Shown one piece after another: positions 1 through 10,103 of a stretch of DNA of 64,000 bases. Positions within the stretch are counted from its first letter, which is position 1; each line of letters starts with the position of its first letter. The stretch lies in assembly GCA_963846575.1 (NCBI GenBank), contig CAWJWJ010000001.1, positions 1,056,001 to 1,120,000 of the forward strand, read 5' to 3'. Made by a program: the position numbers and the translations under genes. The DNA is from an uncultured Nitrospiraceae bacterium (GTDB taxonomy: Bacteria > Nitrospirota > Nitrospiria > Nitrospirales > Nitrospiraceae). The notes under the pieces are model-generated. The model was given only the letters and a program-made list of their open reading frames with translations. It was not told the origin of the DNA and searched no databases.

Positions 1-55
1 GGAAGAGCTGGAGCGGCGCCTCGCTGAACTTCAGCAACAACAACCGCTGTTTTGA
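1..55 (+). CDS. 3' end of a gene truncated by the window edge (...EELERRLAELQQQQPLF*)
   Basis: Open frame from base 2 to TGA at 53-55, coiled-coil-like peptide, followed by a T-rich stretch. Confidence 0.5.
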   Translation, partial: EELERRLAELQQQQPLF

Positions 56-177
56 TGCCCGGCCGGGTCTCCTCTCTCATCGTCTTTTTATTTTTCACTC
101 CTGCGCCGATTCCTCCGGCGTGATAAGCTAACAAATTGCCGATTCGGCAGACTTTCCCTGTGAAAGGACTCGGCACC

Positions 178-996
178 ATGACTTATCCGATTAAGACATC
201 TGAAGACATGCAATGGTTCCTGGCCCATACGCGGGGGTTCTGTGGCGGCCAGGTGACCGATGTGCATCTCTCCAAGCGGAGGATCTATGATGAGCTGTCC
301 GGCCGCGATGTCTTGGCTGGGAGCACGGCAGCGGTAGTGGTCAGGTACCACGTGGCAGGGATTCTTCGCATTGCTAAACTAACGATGCAGGGGGTCTCTG
401 ATCTCTGCATTTTCGAGCAGGATGGAGTTGATTGCTCCCTGCTGGCTGGCATTCAGGTGGAACTGAGCGAGGGGAAATTACGCTTTTGGTTCGATCCTCA
501 GGGTGAGCTATTTGTGGTGTGCGAGGAAGCCCTGCTCGAGGAGGTCTCCCTGCCACAGAGTGACGCAGAGATGGATAGCGTCGCGGCGCAGTGGACCTTT
601 CAGGCGGACTCCGGCGAGGCGCCTAGCGTGTCCTGGTTGCTTGCTCAAATGGATCAGGCTGGGTGGCCCTGCTTCTGGAAGGCACTATTGCCTCACGACA
701 CAGCGCATCGGGCCATGCGTTGGGAAGGCCAATTGGTGGCGGCCGCCGATGAGAATGCCGACTCTGCGCCGACAATCGATGTTCAGACCTACGGGCCGAT
801 CGATGGCGCCGGCTTTGGCATGCGGATGCGGCTCCCGCACCGTATGGATCCATCCAGCTGCCGATTGCTGAGCCTGGTGGCCGAGGTCGTTGCGCAATCC
901 TATTCAGGGACCTGTCTTATGGGAGAGAGGTGGTATTCACACGAAGAATGGGCAAGGGGGAAGTCGTCAGGTCGTATGCATCATGCCCGCCGATGA
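178..996 (+). CDS. Hypothetical protein
   Basis: Long ORF (136..996 in track); ATG at 178 preferred; no recognisable motif. Confidence 0.7.
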   Translation: MTYPIKTSEDMQWFLAHTRGFCGGQVTDVHLSKRRIYDELSGRDVLAGSTAAVVVRYHVAGILRIAKLTMQGVSDLCIFEQDGVDCSLLAGIQVELSEGKLRFWFDPQGELFVVCEEALLEEVSLPQSDAEMDSVAAQWTFQADSGEAPSVSWLLAQMDQAGWPCFWKALLPHDTAHRAMRWEGQLVAAADENADSAPTIDVQTYGPIDGAGFGMRMRLPHRMDPSSCRLLSLVAEVVAQSYSGTCLMGERWYSHEEWARGKSSGRMHHARR

Positions 997-1019
997 TCGA
1001 CCGGCAAGTACGGGAGTCG

Positions 1020-1694
1020 TCAGCTCTGCTGACCGTTCCTTCCGCTCCCATTTCCGTTCATGATGGCCCGCGAGGTGGTTTTTCGATTGACGCATTCCAC
1101 CAAGTGCCAAAATTTCATCGGATTCACTTTTTCTTTTCGGGCGACATGCAGGTCGGTCCCCTCCAGCACGGTACTGAGGGAAAGATCGGTGCGGAAGCCG
1201 ATATGTTTACAGAACGGGGAGATGACTTTCTCCACGGCAGCGATCAGCTTGTTGCCGTTGCTGAAATGGTTCAGCATGATGATGCGACCGCCCGGCTTGC
1301 ACACCCGAATCATTTCATTCACCACTTTGCGGTAATCGGGCACGGCAGTCACGACATAGGCCGCCATGACGGTATCGAAGCTGTCGTCGGCAAAATCCAT
1401 TCTGCCTGCATCCATGAGCATCAGGCGTACATGGTCCAAATGATAGTGAGACTGGCGTTGCCGGGCCTTGGCTAGCATGCCCGAGGACAGGTCGATGCCT
1501 ATGATTTCGCAGTTTTTGGGGTAATACTCCAAAGCAATCCCGGTCCCGACTCCCACTTCCAGGATTTTTTCTTCGGGCCGTATTCTCAGGTTGCGGACGG
1601 CGGATTCGCGCGACTGATGAAAGATTTTGCCGAAAATATGATCATAGACGCCGGAATAGTTGGTATACACTCGCTCGACTTTGGCGATATCCAT
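1020..1694 (-). CDS. Class I SAM-dependent methyltransferase, phosphatidylethanolamine N-methyltransferase (PmtA)-like
   Basis: Motif I ILEVGVGTG, GIDLSSGML, EMIRVCKPGG and LNHF; GGAGGG RBS before ATG at 1694. Confidence 0.85.
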   Translation of the reverse strand: MDIAKVERVYTNYSGVYDHIFGKIFHQSRESAVRNLRIRPEEKILEVGVGTGIALEYYPKNCEIIGIDLSSGMLAKARQRQSHYHLDHVRLMLMDAGRMDFADDSFDTVMAAYVVTAVPDYRKVVNEMIRVCKPGGRIIMLNHFSNGNKLIAAVEKVISPFCKHIGFRTDLSLSTVLEGTDLHVARKEKVNPMKFWHLVECVNRKTTSRAIMNGNGSGRNGQQS

Positions 1695-1945
1695 CGTCCC
1701 TCCGAAAATCACGCCTCTCCGCCAGCACACTCTGCAGTGCAGCAGTGACGGCGAGAAAAGTGTAGCGTGGAAAACTATGAAGGCGGGACCGTGACTCGGA
1801 TGGTTCGTCCTCACCCGCCGGATAAGAACCGGCCTAATGTAGCCAAAGCGCTCATGTGGAGTCAACAGGTTCCTCTAGGTATTGATTGTGAAGGCGTTTT
1901 GGCCGGGCTTGATTCTCCGCCGAGCCTTGTGGGAAGTTCCCCCGT

Positions 1946-2566
1946 ATGGTATTGGCTGGTGCGTTCGCTATCGTCTTGTTCATTGGGCTGATTATCGGTG
2001 ATTGGGTATATTTCGCCCGGCTCTCACCCGACGCCTCCCGGTATGGATACGGGATCGGACAGGTGCAGGACCAGTTCCTCTCGTTGGGCATCCAGAAGTT
2101 CGTCCGGCGTTTCGACGAGAACGGGTTTCTCGCGTTACCGCACGGGGTGGCGAGAGTCTTTCCCGAAGCCAACCGGCTGGTAATCCGACCGACCTACCGA
2201 CTGTTCTCGATGGGTTTCCGCACGGCCTGGCCACTCAAGGGCTCAATCGAATGGGCGTCAGACGTCGATGGGCTCACATTCGTCTGCACCAAACGGGTTC
2301 CCTGGTCGTCCTCCATTCTCACCTTCTTGTGGTTCAGTCTCGTGGGTGTCGGGACGTTCGGGTTTCTGGTGGCCTACCTGATGGAAGGGGGATTTGAATC
2401 GCTGGGAGGGCTACTGTTGGGAGTCGGGGTCACCGCGGTGGGATTGATCGTGGTCGCCTTCGGTCTGTTGACCGTGACCGTGGCCTATCGAATGGAGAAT
2501 ACCAGGCTGATGCAGGTCTACACAGAATTGCGGACGGTGGCGCTGGAGGAGACAAGCACAGCCTAA
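1946..2566 (+). CDS. Hypothetical membrane protein (about 3 TM helices)
   Basis: Hydrophobic segments at the N-terminus and two near the C-terminus. Confidence 0.75.
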   Translation: MVLAGAFAIVLFIGLIIGDWVYFARLSPDASRYGYGIGQVQDQFLSLGIQKFVRRFDENGFLALPHGVARVFPEANRLVIRPTYRLFSMGFRTAWPLKGSIEWASDVDGLTFVCTKRVPWSSSILTFLWFSLVGVGTFGFLVAYLMEGGFESLGGLLLGVGVTAVGLIVVAFGLLTVTVAYRMENTRLMQVYTELRTVALEETSTA

Positions 2567-2919
2567 CGGGTTGAAGTGTAGAGATCCAGCAGGTGGTCCA
2601 ATTCCGGCGGCAGATCAAGTGTCTGTCGGGAGCGCGCCAGACCGGCGATGATCCCACGATGTTTCAGGCTCAAGCCGGATTTAATGAATGCCTCACGAAA
2701 GTGCATCCACCGTTGTGCCGTATCCCCTGACAACCTTTCGAGATCCTCGGGAGACAGCGTGTTAAGCGATGCGGAAAGGGTTCCCACAGCCTTTTCGACG
2801 CTGTCGTAGGGCGCGGCCAGTTTGAGTCGGCCGTAAAACAGCTCCAGATGACCCCGGAATTCGTTCCTGAGCGACTCCACGGGACCGGCCGCTCGATGGT
2901 GGCCTATGTGATCGCCCAT
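2563..2919 (-). CDS. Hypothetical helical protein
   Basis: GGAGGG RBS upstream of ATG 2919; convergent 4-bp overlap with the previous gene. Confidence 0.7.
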   Translation of the reverse strand: MGDHIGHHRAAGPVESLRNEFRGHLELFYGRLKLAAPYDSVEKAVGTLSASLNTLSPEDLERLSGDTAQRWMHFREAFIKSGLSLKHRGIIAGLARSRQTLDLPPELDHLLDLYTSTR

Positions 2920-3034
2920 GCCATGTCCCTCCGCGGTACAATGATGATTGCGTCGAAGCTTACGGCAGGAACGGCCTGACACGCAACGGGGTCATTCTAA
3001 GAAGTAATGTTGTGAATGTGACAGGGAGGTCGAC

Positions 3035-3523
3035 ATGAGCCGCCGATATCCGTTCCTGCTCAGCGGAGTACTGCTGAGCTTGTTTGTCGGTTGTTCGTCC
3101 CATCATCATGGAAATGATATCCGCGCACAGAGCGACTATTGGAGTCACGCAAGCCGGGATGTGGGTGGCCTGGTCGAGAAGCACCTTCGCGACCCGGAGA
3201 AGGTGAAAGAGGTGAACGGGGTCATGGGGGAGATTATCACCGAGATCAGGTCGGCCCGGGAACAACATCGTCAGTACCATCGTGCGCTCTACGAATTAAA
3301 CGCGAACTACACGGCCTCACCGGAGGAGTTCACCAAAATCCTGGATCAGTTGAATAATGGCCGCATGCGTTCTGCCGCGAAGATTCTCGGTCTCCGATTC
3401 AGGTTGAAGGGGTTGCTGACGGCCCAGGAGTGGGCGGGCCTGTCCGCGGATCTGGAAGCCTACGGCAGTCGATATTATGGGAAAAGGTTGGATGCGCCGG
3501 TTCCGACACCCTCACAACCGTGA
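3035..3523 (+). CDS. Putative lipoprotein, helical Spy/CpxP/periplasmic metal-sensor-like
   Basis: GGAGG RBS; lipobox-like LFVGC followed by SSHHH; LLTAQEW resembles the LTxxQ motif. Confidence 0.65.
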   Translation: MSRRYPFLLSGVLLSLFVGCSSHHHGNDIRAQSDYWSHASRDVGGLVEKHLRDPEKVKEVNGVMGEIITEIRSAREQHRQYHRALYELNANYTASPEEFTKILDQLNNGRMRSAAKILGLRFRLKGLLTAQEWAGLSADLEAYGSRYYGKRLDAPVPTPSQP

Positions 3524-3539
3524 GCCGAATGCCATAGCG

Positions 3540-4148
3540 TCAGTACAGCCGGTCCAGGCCCGGGCGATGGTTGAGGAAGAGGAGTTGGGCGCCGTGCTCC
3601 GACAACTCGAGCCCGCTGACGGCAGCATGATCGACAGTGATGTGGCGGATCACGGTCAGGTCGAGACGGAGATAATGCGCGAGAATCGCTCGGATGACAT
3701 CGCCGTGGGACACGAACACGTAGGGCTTGGTTTGCGGCTGTTGAATGACTCCTCTCACCGCAGCCACCGCGCGCTGCTGCACTTCTCGCAATGTTTCACC
3801 CCCGGAGGGGCGCGCTAATTCAGGCTGGGCGTACCAGTTCCGCTTCGCCGGATCCTCGGCTAGATCTTTCCAGTAGTGATTGATCCAGTTGCCCACGCCG
3901 ATCTCCCTCAGGTCCGGGATCTGTTGCGGCGTGGTCTCGCGCGGCCGACGCAACATCTCGGCTGTTTGCACCGCGCGGAGGACGGGACTGGTGAAGATGC
4001 CGGCGAGCGGCGTGCGGGACAAAATTTCTGCGCAGGCCCGCGCTTGGCGTTCACCGGCCTCATTTAAGGGAATTGATTGGTCGCCCATGACGCGACCGGA
4101 TCGATTCCACTCTGTCTCTCCATGTCGGATCAGAAATAGTATTGGCAT
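3540..4148 (-). CDS. Histidine phosphatase (phosphoglycerate mutase family)
   Basis: RHGETEWN, SPVLRAVQT, GGETL and VSHGD motifs. Confidence 0.9.
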   Translation of the reverse strand: MPILFLIRHGETEWNRSGRVMGDQSIPLNEAGERQARACAEILSRTPLAGIFTSPVLRAVQTAEMLRRPRETTPQQIPDLREIGVGNWINHYWKDLAEDPAKRNWYAQPELARPSGGETLREVQQRAVAAVRGVIQQPQTKPYVFVSHGDVIRAILAHYLRLDLTVIRHITVDHAAVSGLELSEHGAQLLFLNHRPGLDRLY

Positions 4149-4166
4149 GAGGGACGTTCGTCGGAC

Positions 4167-5234
4167 TTAGCGTGCGGCCACGACGGGACCAGTGAGCGGG
4201 ATCGCGGTCCAGGAGTTCCCGCCGTCGGTGGAACGATAGAGGCCGCTGCCATTGGTTCCGGCATAGAGCAGGTCGGGGTTCGCGGCGCTGATGACGATCG
4301 TGCGCACGTTCAGCGTGGCGAGTCCCTGATTCCGAGGCTCCCAAGTTTTGCCGCTGTCGGTAGTCTTGAGGACACCAGCCGGCCCGCCGATGTAAAGCAC
4401 ATCTGAAGTGGTCGGATGCACCACCAGGGAACTGATGAATTGTTCCGGCAACCCCTGGCCGACTTGTTCCCAATAATCCGCCCGATTGGTGGTGCGAAAG
4501 AGTCCCTTGGTCGTGCCCGCATACACGATGCCGGAATTCAGCGGATCCACCGCCAACACATTCACGCCGAGGGCCATGGAGGCGTTGAGAACGTCGTCCG
4601 GAATGAGCCCGCTATTCTTCTTCTGCCAGCTGACGCCTCCATCTTCGCTACGATAGGTGCCGCCGGTCGTGCCGGCATAGAGCACCCGGGAATGTTTGGG
4701 ATCCATGGTGATGCAGGTCACGATGTGAACTTCCTTCATCCCTGCCATCCGTTCTTCCCACTCTCGTCCACCGTTTTTGCTGACGAAGGCGCCGACCGTC
4801 GTGGCAAGGTAGAGCATCTCGGTATTGTCCGGATGAAAGATGATTTCGTTGACGAACGACACGTGTTCCTTAAGTCCGACATTATGGGGCAGCCAATGCT
4901 GACCGCCGTCCGGACTTTTATAAATCGCATCTCCCATCGTGCCGGCATATACCGTCGCAGGGAGCTTCGGGTCGATGGCCAGGGTGGTGACGCGGCGGGC
5001 GGTGAACCCGGGGAATTGTTCCCAGGTGGCGCCACCGTCACGGGTCTTGTGTACCGCCTCGTTCGTGGCGACGTAGACGATGTTGGGATTCGAAGGGTGG
5101 AGTGCGATGGAGACGACGGCCGCTTCACGCGTTCCGCAGGCCAACAGGAGCAAGCCGGCAAAAAAGATGAATGGTCGGAGGACGACACGAGAGAGAGTAA
5201 CGCGTAAGATCACGATAACCGCAGACCTAACCAT
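4167..5234 (-). CDS. BNR/Asp-box repeat beta-propeller protein (VPS10/YCF48-like), probable lipoprotein
   Basis: Repeated [ST]xDGGxxW Asp-boxes and DPxxPxxVYAGT units; LLLAC lipobox; exact start uncertain. Confidence 0.85.
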   Translation of the reverse strand: MVRSAVIVILRVTLSRVVLRPFIFFAGLLLLACGTREAAVVSIALHPSNPNIVYVATNEAVHKTRDGGATWEQFPGFTARRVTTLAIDPKLPATVYAGTMGDAIYKSPDGGQHWLPHNVGLKEHVSFVNEIIFHPDNTEMLYLATTVGAFVSKNGGREWEERMAGMKEVHIVTCITMDPKHSRVLYAGTTGGTYRSEDGGVSWQKKNSGLIPDDVLNASMALGVNVLAVDPLNSGIVYAGTTKGLFRTTNRADYWEQVGQGLPEQFISSLVVHPTTSDVLYIGGPAGVLKTTDSGKTWEPRNQGLATLNVRTIVISAANPDLLYAGTNGSGLYRSTDGGNSWTAIPLTGPVVAAR

Positions 5235-5283
5235 AGCGCGTCAATCGAGTCAAGGACATGCGTAGGACAGTTGTGGGGGAGCT

Positions 5284-6423
5284 TCACAGCCGTTGGGTGA
5301 AACGTTCGGCGTATCCTGTGAGTTCGACATAGCCGCGCGCCGAGACAGGCATGCCGCGCACCTGCCCTGTGGCAGACACGGCTCCTTCCCAGTAGGTGAT
5401 CCCGGTGCTGCGGGCGGTCGTCAGTTCCTGATCGGCCAGCAGGGAGCCCACTTCCAGCTCCAGTCCGAGGGAGGGTGAGGAGAGGTGCCAGCGCTGCGGG
5501 TACCGCGCGCGGGATCGCGGGCTCGTCCATTGGGAGAGGGGTACAACCGTGAGATCGTCAGCGTGAAGATGCCTGGTGCGCCCATCAGCCAGGACCAGCG
5601 TTCCGCTGGATGCGGGGTCCGGCGAACCATCCGTTCGTCGCAACGAATACCACATGAGCTCGGTCGAGTCGCTCAACTGCAAGGAGAACCAATCCCATCC
5701 CACGATGTCCTGACCGAGGTCCGCCGAACCGAATTCGTGATCCATCCAGCTCAGGCCGGTGACAGTGAAGCTTTCGGTGCCCACCCGAATCTGTCCGCCT
5801 GTTTCGAGATGCGTCAGTGAATAATAGTGGGAGGCCTGCTCGGGGGCCGCGCCCTTGCGGCTGATTCCCTCCCGGCCATGCAGCACGGGCGGTTTCCCCG
5901 GCGTCACATGAAGGTCGATGGCGAATTCGTCTGTCGAGGCCAGAAGCCGCTGCCGTTCCGGGGCTCCATCATCCGTCGATATCGACCAGCGGTCGATCCA
6001 TACGCGTAAGCGGTTCGCTTCGGCACCGGCCTTTCCCAGTCCTTCGCGACTCAGTTTGTCCGCATACATGAACCGACCGCTTTGCAGGTCGGTGACCGCG
6101 AAGTGGGCGAGATACAGTTGGTGAAGCGACCATTTCGAGGGATCCGTCTTCACTTGCTCCGGCGGAATGCCCCGACGGAAAAACGTCAGCTGAAATCCAA
6201 AGGGCCGCTTGTCGGCCGTGGTGAGATGCCCGGTGTAGTACCACCATTCCGTGCGAAACCGTTCGTGAGCACCGTGGTCCTCGGGAAACCGATAGGGATA
6301 ACCAGGAGCGGCGATGGAAAATTTCTGCTGAGGCTGGTCGACGGCAATCGATGGGATGCCGAGCGCCGACAGCATCATGATGGCCAGCCAGGAAGTGAAG
6401 CAGAAACGGCGGACGATCGTCAT
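5284..6423 (-). CDS. Secreted lipocalin-like AttH/CrtC (carotenoid 1,2-hydratase-like) family protein
   Basis: DHGAH..FRTEWWY, SHYYS, WMDHEF, GWDWFSLQL, YWEG and GYVELTGY motifs; signal peptide. Confidence 0.85.
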   Translation of the reverse strand: MTIVRRFCFTSWLAIMMLSALGIPSIAVDQPQQKFSIAAPGYPYRFPEDHGAHERFRTEWWYYTGHLTTADKRPFGFQLTFFRRGIPPEQVKTDPSKWSLHQLYLAHFAVTDLQSGRFMYADKLSREGLGKAGAEANRLRVWIDRWSISTDDGAPERQRLLASTDEFAIDLHVTPGKPPVLHGREGISRKGAAPEQASHYYSLTHLETGGQIRVGTESFTVTGLSWMDHEFGSADLGQDIVGWDWFSLQLSDSTELMWYSLRRTDGSPDPASSGTLVLADGRTRHLHADDLTVVPLSQWTSPRSRARYPQRWHLSSPSLGLELEVGSLLADQELTTARSTGITYWEGAVSATGQVRGMPVSARGYVELTGYAERFTQRL

Positions 6424-6567
6424 GGTGAACTCAGGGCCCGGCTCCGCGGGAGAAAGAATGGGAAGGGTACGGGGCTGCCGATCGGTTGCCGGGGAGTCAT
6501 TGATTGAACGTCAGTATCCATCATGGTTTTCGTATGATCCGTGCGGTTCGGTGGTGCCCCGGCGGCG

Positions 6568-6597
6568 TTGACAACTTTGCAAAGCATCGGCTATCGT
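6568..6597 (+). promoter_or_regulatory. sigma70-type promoter (TTGACA-18-TATCGT), 5 nt upstream of ATG 6603
   Basis: Direct motif match; no Shine-Dalgarno between -10 and the start. Confidence 0.6.
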
Positions 6598-6602
6598 GAG
6601 CC

Positions 6603-7292
6603 ATGTTTCTGGAACCGGAACGCGACAAGCCGAGCCGTGAACTGTCGGGGAAAGCCCATCCTTTTCCCGTTCCGGAACGTATTCCAATCTTCCCTCTTCC
6701 GAACGTGGTGTTCTTCCCCAAAACCTATTTGCCGCTTCATGTGTTCGAGCCGCGCTATCGGGAGATGGTAGCGGATGCGGCGGCGGGAGGGCAATGCATC
6801 GGCATGGCGCTTCTGAAGGAAGGGTGGGAAGGGCAATACGACGGCAACCCGCCGATTTTCCACATGGGCTGTGTCGGCCGCCTGGCCAGCGTCCAAACAT
6901 TTCCCGACGGGCGTTCCAACATTCTGCTCCAAGGGATCGAACGTTACGAGGTCCACGAGGAGTTCTACGAAAAAAGTTATCGTGAAGCTCGGGTGACTTT
7001 GAAGCCTCACGAGCAGGATTTGCCCATGGACCCCGCGTTGCGCCACTATCTGCTGGAAGTCGTCGGCGAATATCTTCAGGGGGACGAAGAGGGTTCTCCG
7101 CTTCACAGTCTGGTCCGCCCCGATGTCAGCGACGAAGTGTTCGTGAACTCCCTCTCGACCTATCTCGATTGTACTCCACTTGAAAAGCAATTCTTATTGG
7201 AGGCCGATCACCTCCCGCAGCAAGCACGCAGACTCAGCGACCTGATCCAATTCAAGCTGGCGGAGCGACGGGGTGCCGGAGGGTGGCGGTGA
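6603..7292 (+). CDS. LON peptidase substrate-binding (N-terminal) domain protein
   Basis: IPIFPLPNVVFFP..LPLHVFEPRYREMV signature; KQFLLE. Confidence 0.9.
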   Translation: MFLEPERDKPSRELSGKAHPFPVPERIPIFPLPNVVFFPKTYLPLHVFEPRYREMVADAAAGGQCIGMALLKEGWEGQYDGNPPIFHMGCVGRLASVQTFPDGRSNILLQGIERYEVHEEFYEKSYREARVTLKPHEQDLPMDPALRHYLLEVVGEYLQGDEEGSPLHSLVRPDVSDEVFVNSLSTYLDCTPLEKQFLLEADHLPQQARRLSDLIQFKLAERRGAGGWR

Positions 7293-8263
7293 TGTCGGGG
7301 GCGGTTGCTATTGAGGTCTCGCATCTCCGAAAAGCCTACGACAAGGTACAGGCTGTCGAGGATGTGTCATTTCAAGTCCATTCCGGCGAAATATTCGGGT
7401 TGCTTGGCCCCAACGGCGCCGGCAAGAGTACGACGCTTCGCATTTTGATTACCCTCCTCCATCCGACCGCCGGGTCGGCCAGAATCTTCGGGCTCGATTC
7501 AGTGAAGGACGCGGACCAGGTGCGGCAGACGATCGGATACGTGCCTCAAGAGCGCGCCATCGATCGTTTTCTGACGGGCCGGGAACATCTGCAATTACTT
7601 GCCGACCTCTATCATCTCTCGCCCGCTGAAGCGTCCACGCGCATCCCCCAACTGCTGAAGCTGGTCGAATTGGAGACGCACGCCGATCGCCCGGCCAAGA
7701 CCTACTCGGGTGGCATGAAGCGAAAGTTGGATATCGCCTGCGGCTTGCTGCCCGATCCAAAAGTTCTCTTTCTGGATGAACCGACACTCGGCTTGGACGT
7801 GCAAAGTCGCCTCCGTATTTGGGATCACGTGCGGGCGATGCGGGATCGAGGCATTACGGTGGTCATGACGACCAACTATCTCGATGAAGCGGACCAGCTC
7901 TGCGATCGAATCGCGATCATCGACGGCGGCCGGATCAAGGCCATGGGATCACCTACGGAATTGAAGGTCGGGTTGGGTGGAGATCTGGTGTCGCTCACCG
8001 TGCGCGAACCGGACCGGCTCGATGCGCTGGCGGCCGCCGTCAAGGTCCTGCCGGCCATCCGCGCTGTGATGACTAAGCCGAACGGACTGGATGTTCGTGT
8101 CGATTCGCCCGAGAAGGCCCTGCCGGCTATCCTCGAGGCAGCCAATCGCCTGACTTGCCAGCTCGAGTTCATCGACTATCACCGGCCGCGGCTGGATGAC
8201 GTGTTTATTGCGCATACCGGACGGTCCATTAAGGATGACCAGCCGAAGGAAACCGACCAATAA
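7283..8263 (+). CDS. ABC transporter ATP-binding protein (DrrA/NodI-like exporter)
   Basis: Walker A GPNGAGKST, signature YSGGM, Walker B LFLDEP. Confidence 0.93.
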   Translation: MAVMSGAVAIEVSHLRKAYDKVQAVEDVSFQVHSGEIFGLLGPNGAGKSTTLRILITLLHPTAGSARIFGLDSVKDADQVRQTIGYVPQERAIDRFLTGREHLQLLADLYHLSPAEASTRIPQLLKLVELETHADRPAKTYSGGMKRKLDIACGLLPDPKVLFLDEPTLGLDVQSRLRIWDHVRAMRDRGITVVMTTNYLDEADQLCDRIAIIDGGRIKAMGSPTELKVGLGGDLVSLTVREPDRLDALAAAVKVLPAIRAVMTKPNGLDVRVDSPEKALPAILEAANRLTCQLEFIDYHRPRLDDVFIAHTGRSIKDDQPKETDQ

Positions 8264-8292
8264 CGGGCTGCGCGGAACATTCAGGATCGTGT

Positions 8293-9072
8293 ATGAAAGA
8301 ATATTGGCAGGAAATACGAGCCTTGACGATGCGGTGGGTACGGCGGCTCAGCCGTGAAAAGTTCAGCATGCTGTTCACCCTCGTGCAGCCGATGTTGTTC
8401 TGGCTGATCTTTTTCGGCAACTTGTTTCAACGGGCGGCCGATATGCAGGTCACGCAAGCATCGAGCTATATCAGCTTCCTCACCGCCGGAGTCGTGGTCA
8501 TGACGGTGCTTAATAATGGGCTGGCCGGGGGGGTCGATCTCCTGTTCGATAAGGAGAACGGATTCCTGGAGCGGCTGATGTCCACACCCATTCATCGTAG
8601 CTCCGTCATTCTGAGCCGGTTTATTTTTGTGATGACCATCACCTCGTTACAAGTACTGGTCATTCTGGCCGTGGCGTGGTTATTCGGGGTGCAGCCGGTT
8701 ACCGGACTGCTGGGCGTGGCGGCCATCCTGTTCATCGGCATGATGTTCGGGGTCGGCCTGACGGCCATCTCGATGGCGATGGCCTTTTCCGTGAAAAGCC
8801 ATGGTGATTTCTTTTCCGTCCTCGGGTTTCTCTCCTTGCCCATGATCTTTTTGAGTTCGGCATTGGTGCCGCTGTCGGCTATGCCGGGATGGATGGGATT
8901 TCTGGCGCAGTTTAATCCCATGACCTGGGCCATCGACGCGGTGCGTCCCCTGATTCTACAGGGATGGACTGAGGCCTTGCCGCATGTTGCAATGGTAGTT
9001 GTGGTGATGGTGCTCTTTGACGCGCTATGCCTCTATGGAGGCGCGCGTGCGTTCCGCCGGGCAATCGGGTGA
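8293..9072 (+). CDS. ABC-2 type transporter permease
   Basis: About six TM segments, GFLERLMSTP and FNPMTWAIDAVR motifs; follows the ATPase. Confidence 0.92.
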   Translation: MKEYWQEIRALTMRWVRRLSREKFSMLFTLVQPMLFWLIFFGNLFQRAADMQVTQASSYISFLTAGVVVMTVLNNGLAGGVDLLFDKENGFLERLMSTPIHRSSVILSRFIFVMTITSLQVLVILAVAWLFGVQPVTGLLGVAAILFIGMMFGVGLTAISMAMAFSVKSHGDFFSVLGFLSLPMIFLSSALVPLSAMPGWMGFLAQFNPMTWAIDAVRPLILQGWTEALPHVAMVVVVMVLFDALCLYGGARAFRRAIG

Positions 9073-9098
9073 CTATTCTCTCGCATCAAGGACCGTCC

Positions 9099-9959
9099 AT
9101 GTTCGTAAATGAAAGCCAAATACGCGCCTTGATCCGGCTCCTCGGCGACGAGGATGAACGGATCGTCAAAACCATCAGTGGAAAACTCATCGATTGCGGC
9201 GACTCCGCCGTGCCATTGCTGCAAGAGGCCGAGATCGAGCAGCCGGACATGGCTGATCGCATCGTAACCGTGTTGGAGGAAATCCGGGGCACGAAGCTGG
9301 AAGACGAATTGCGGGATCTTATCGCATTGCAGGACGATCAGATCGATCTCGAAACCGGAGCCTTTCTCCTCGCCCGTTACGCCTATCCCATGCTGGATGT
9401 GCCCGCTTATCGGCAGCAATTGGACCGAATGGCTCAAGATGTGCGGGAGCAGATCGGGTCGCGCGTATCGGGTGAGGAAACGGTGAAAGCGCTCAACCGG
9501 TATTTATTTACGGAAGCCGGGTTCAAAGGGAATACCAAGAACTATTACGAGGTCGAGAATAGCTACCTGAATTGCGTGATCGACCGACGAACGGGGATTC
9601 CCATCAGCTTATCGGCCATCTATCTTCTGATTGGCCGGCGATTGCAGTTGCCGGTGCAGGGAATTGGGATGCCCGGGCATTTCCTCGTCAAGTTTGACTC
9701 GGACAAATACAAGATCTTCATCGACTGCTTCAACGGAGGAGCGTTGCTCACCGAGAAAAATTGCGCGCGTTTCCTCACCGAGGCCGGCTACGGATTTGAA
9801 GATCGATTTCTCCAGAAGAGCTCGACGCGAGCAATCCTGGCCCGCATGATCAAGAATCTATTGGCCATTTACAGCAAGCTCGATGAGCCGTTGAAAAAAA
9901 CCCGCCTGCCTCGATTCCTGGAAATATTGGGCTGTGAGCAACGGGAAGAGGGCCTCTAG
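9099..9959 (+). CDS. SirB1/transglutaminase-like family protein
   Basis: NSYLNCVIDRRTGIPISLS, GIGMPGHF and IDCFNGG motifs; AAGGA before ATG 9099. Confidence 0.85.
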   Translation: MFVNESQIRALIRLLGDEDERIVKTISGKLIDCGDSAVPLLQEAEIEQPDMADRIVTVLEEIRGTKLEDELRDLIALQDDQIDLETGAFLLARYAYPMLDVPAYRQQLDRMAQDVREQIGSRVSGEETVKALNRYLFTEAGFKGNTKNYYEVENSYLNCVIDRRTGIPISLSAIYLLIGRRLQLPVQGIGMPGHFLVKFDSDKYKIFIDCFNGGALLTEKNCARFLTEAGYGFEDRFLQKSSTRAILARMIKNLLAIYSKLDEPLKKTRLPRFLEILGCEQREEGL

Positions 9960-10103
9960 CAGCCGGGATTCATTCCCGACTGAACTCCGGTCTGACTTGG
10001 CCGTCCCAATGGCAGCGCCTCTGCACCTCTGATCGATCGCAGGATACTTGCATTGCGCTCCCGGTCGCGAAGCTCTCGTCCGGTATGCATTTCTCCAGAC
10101 CAG

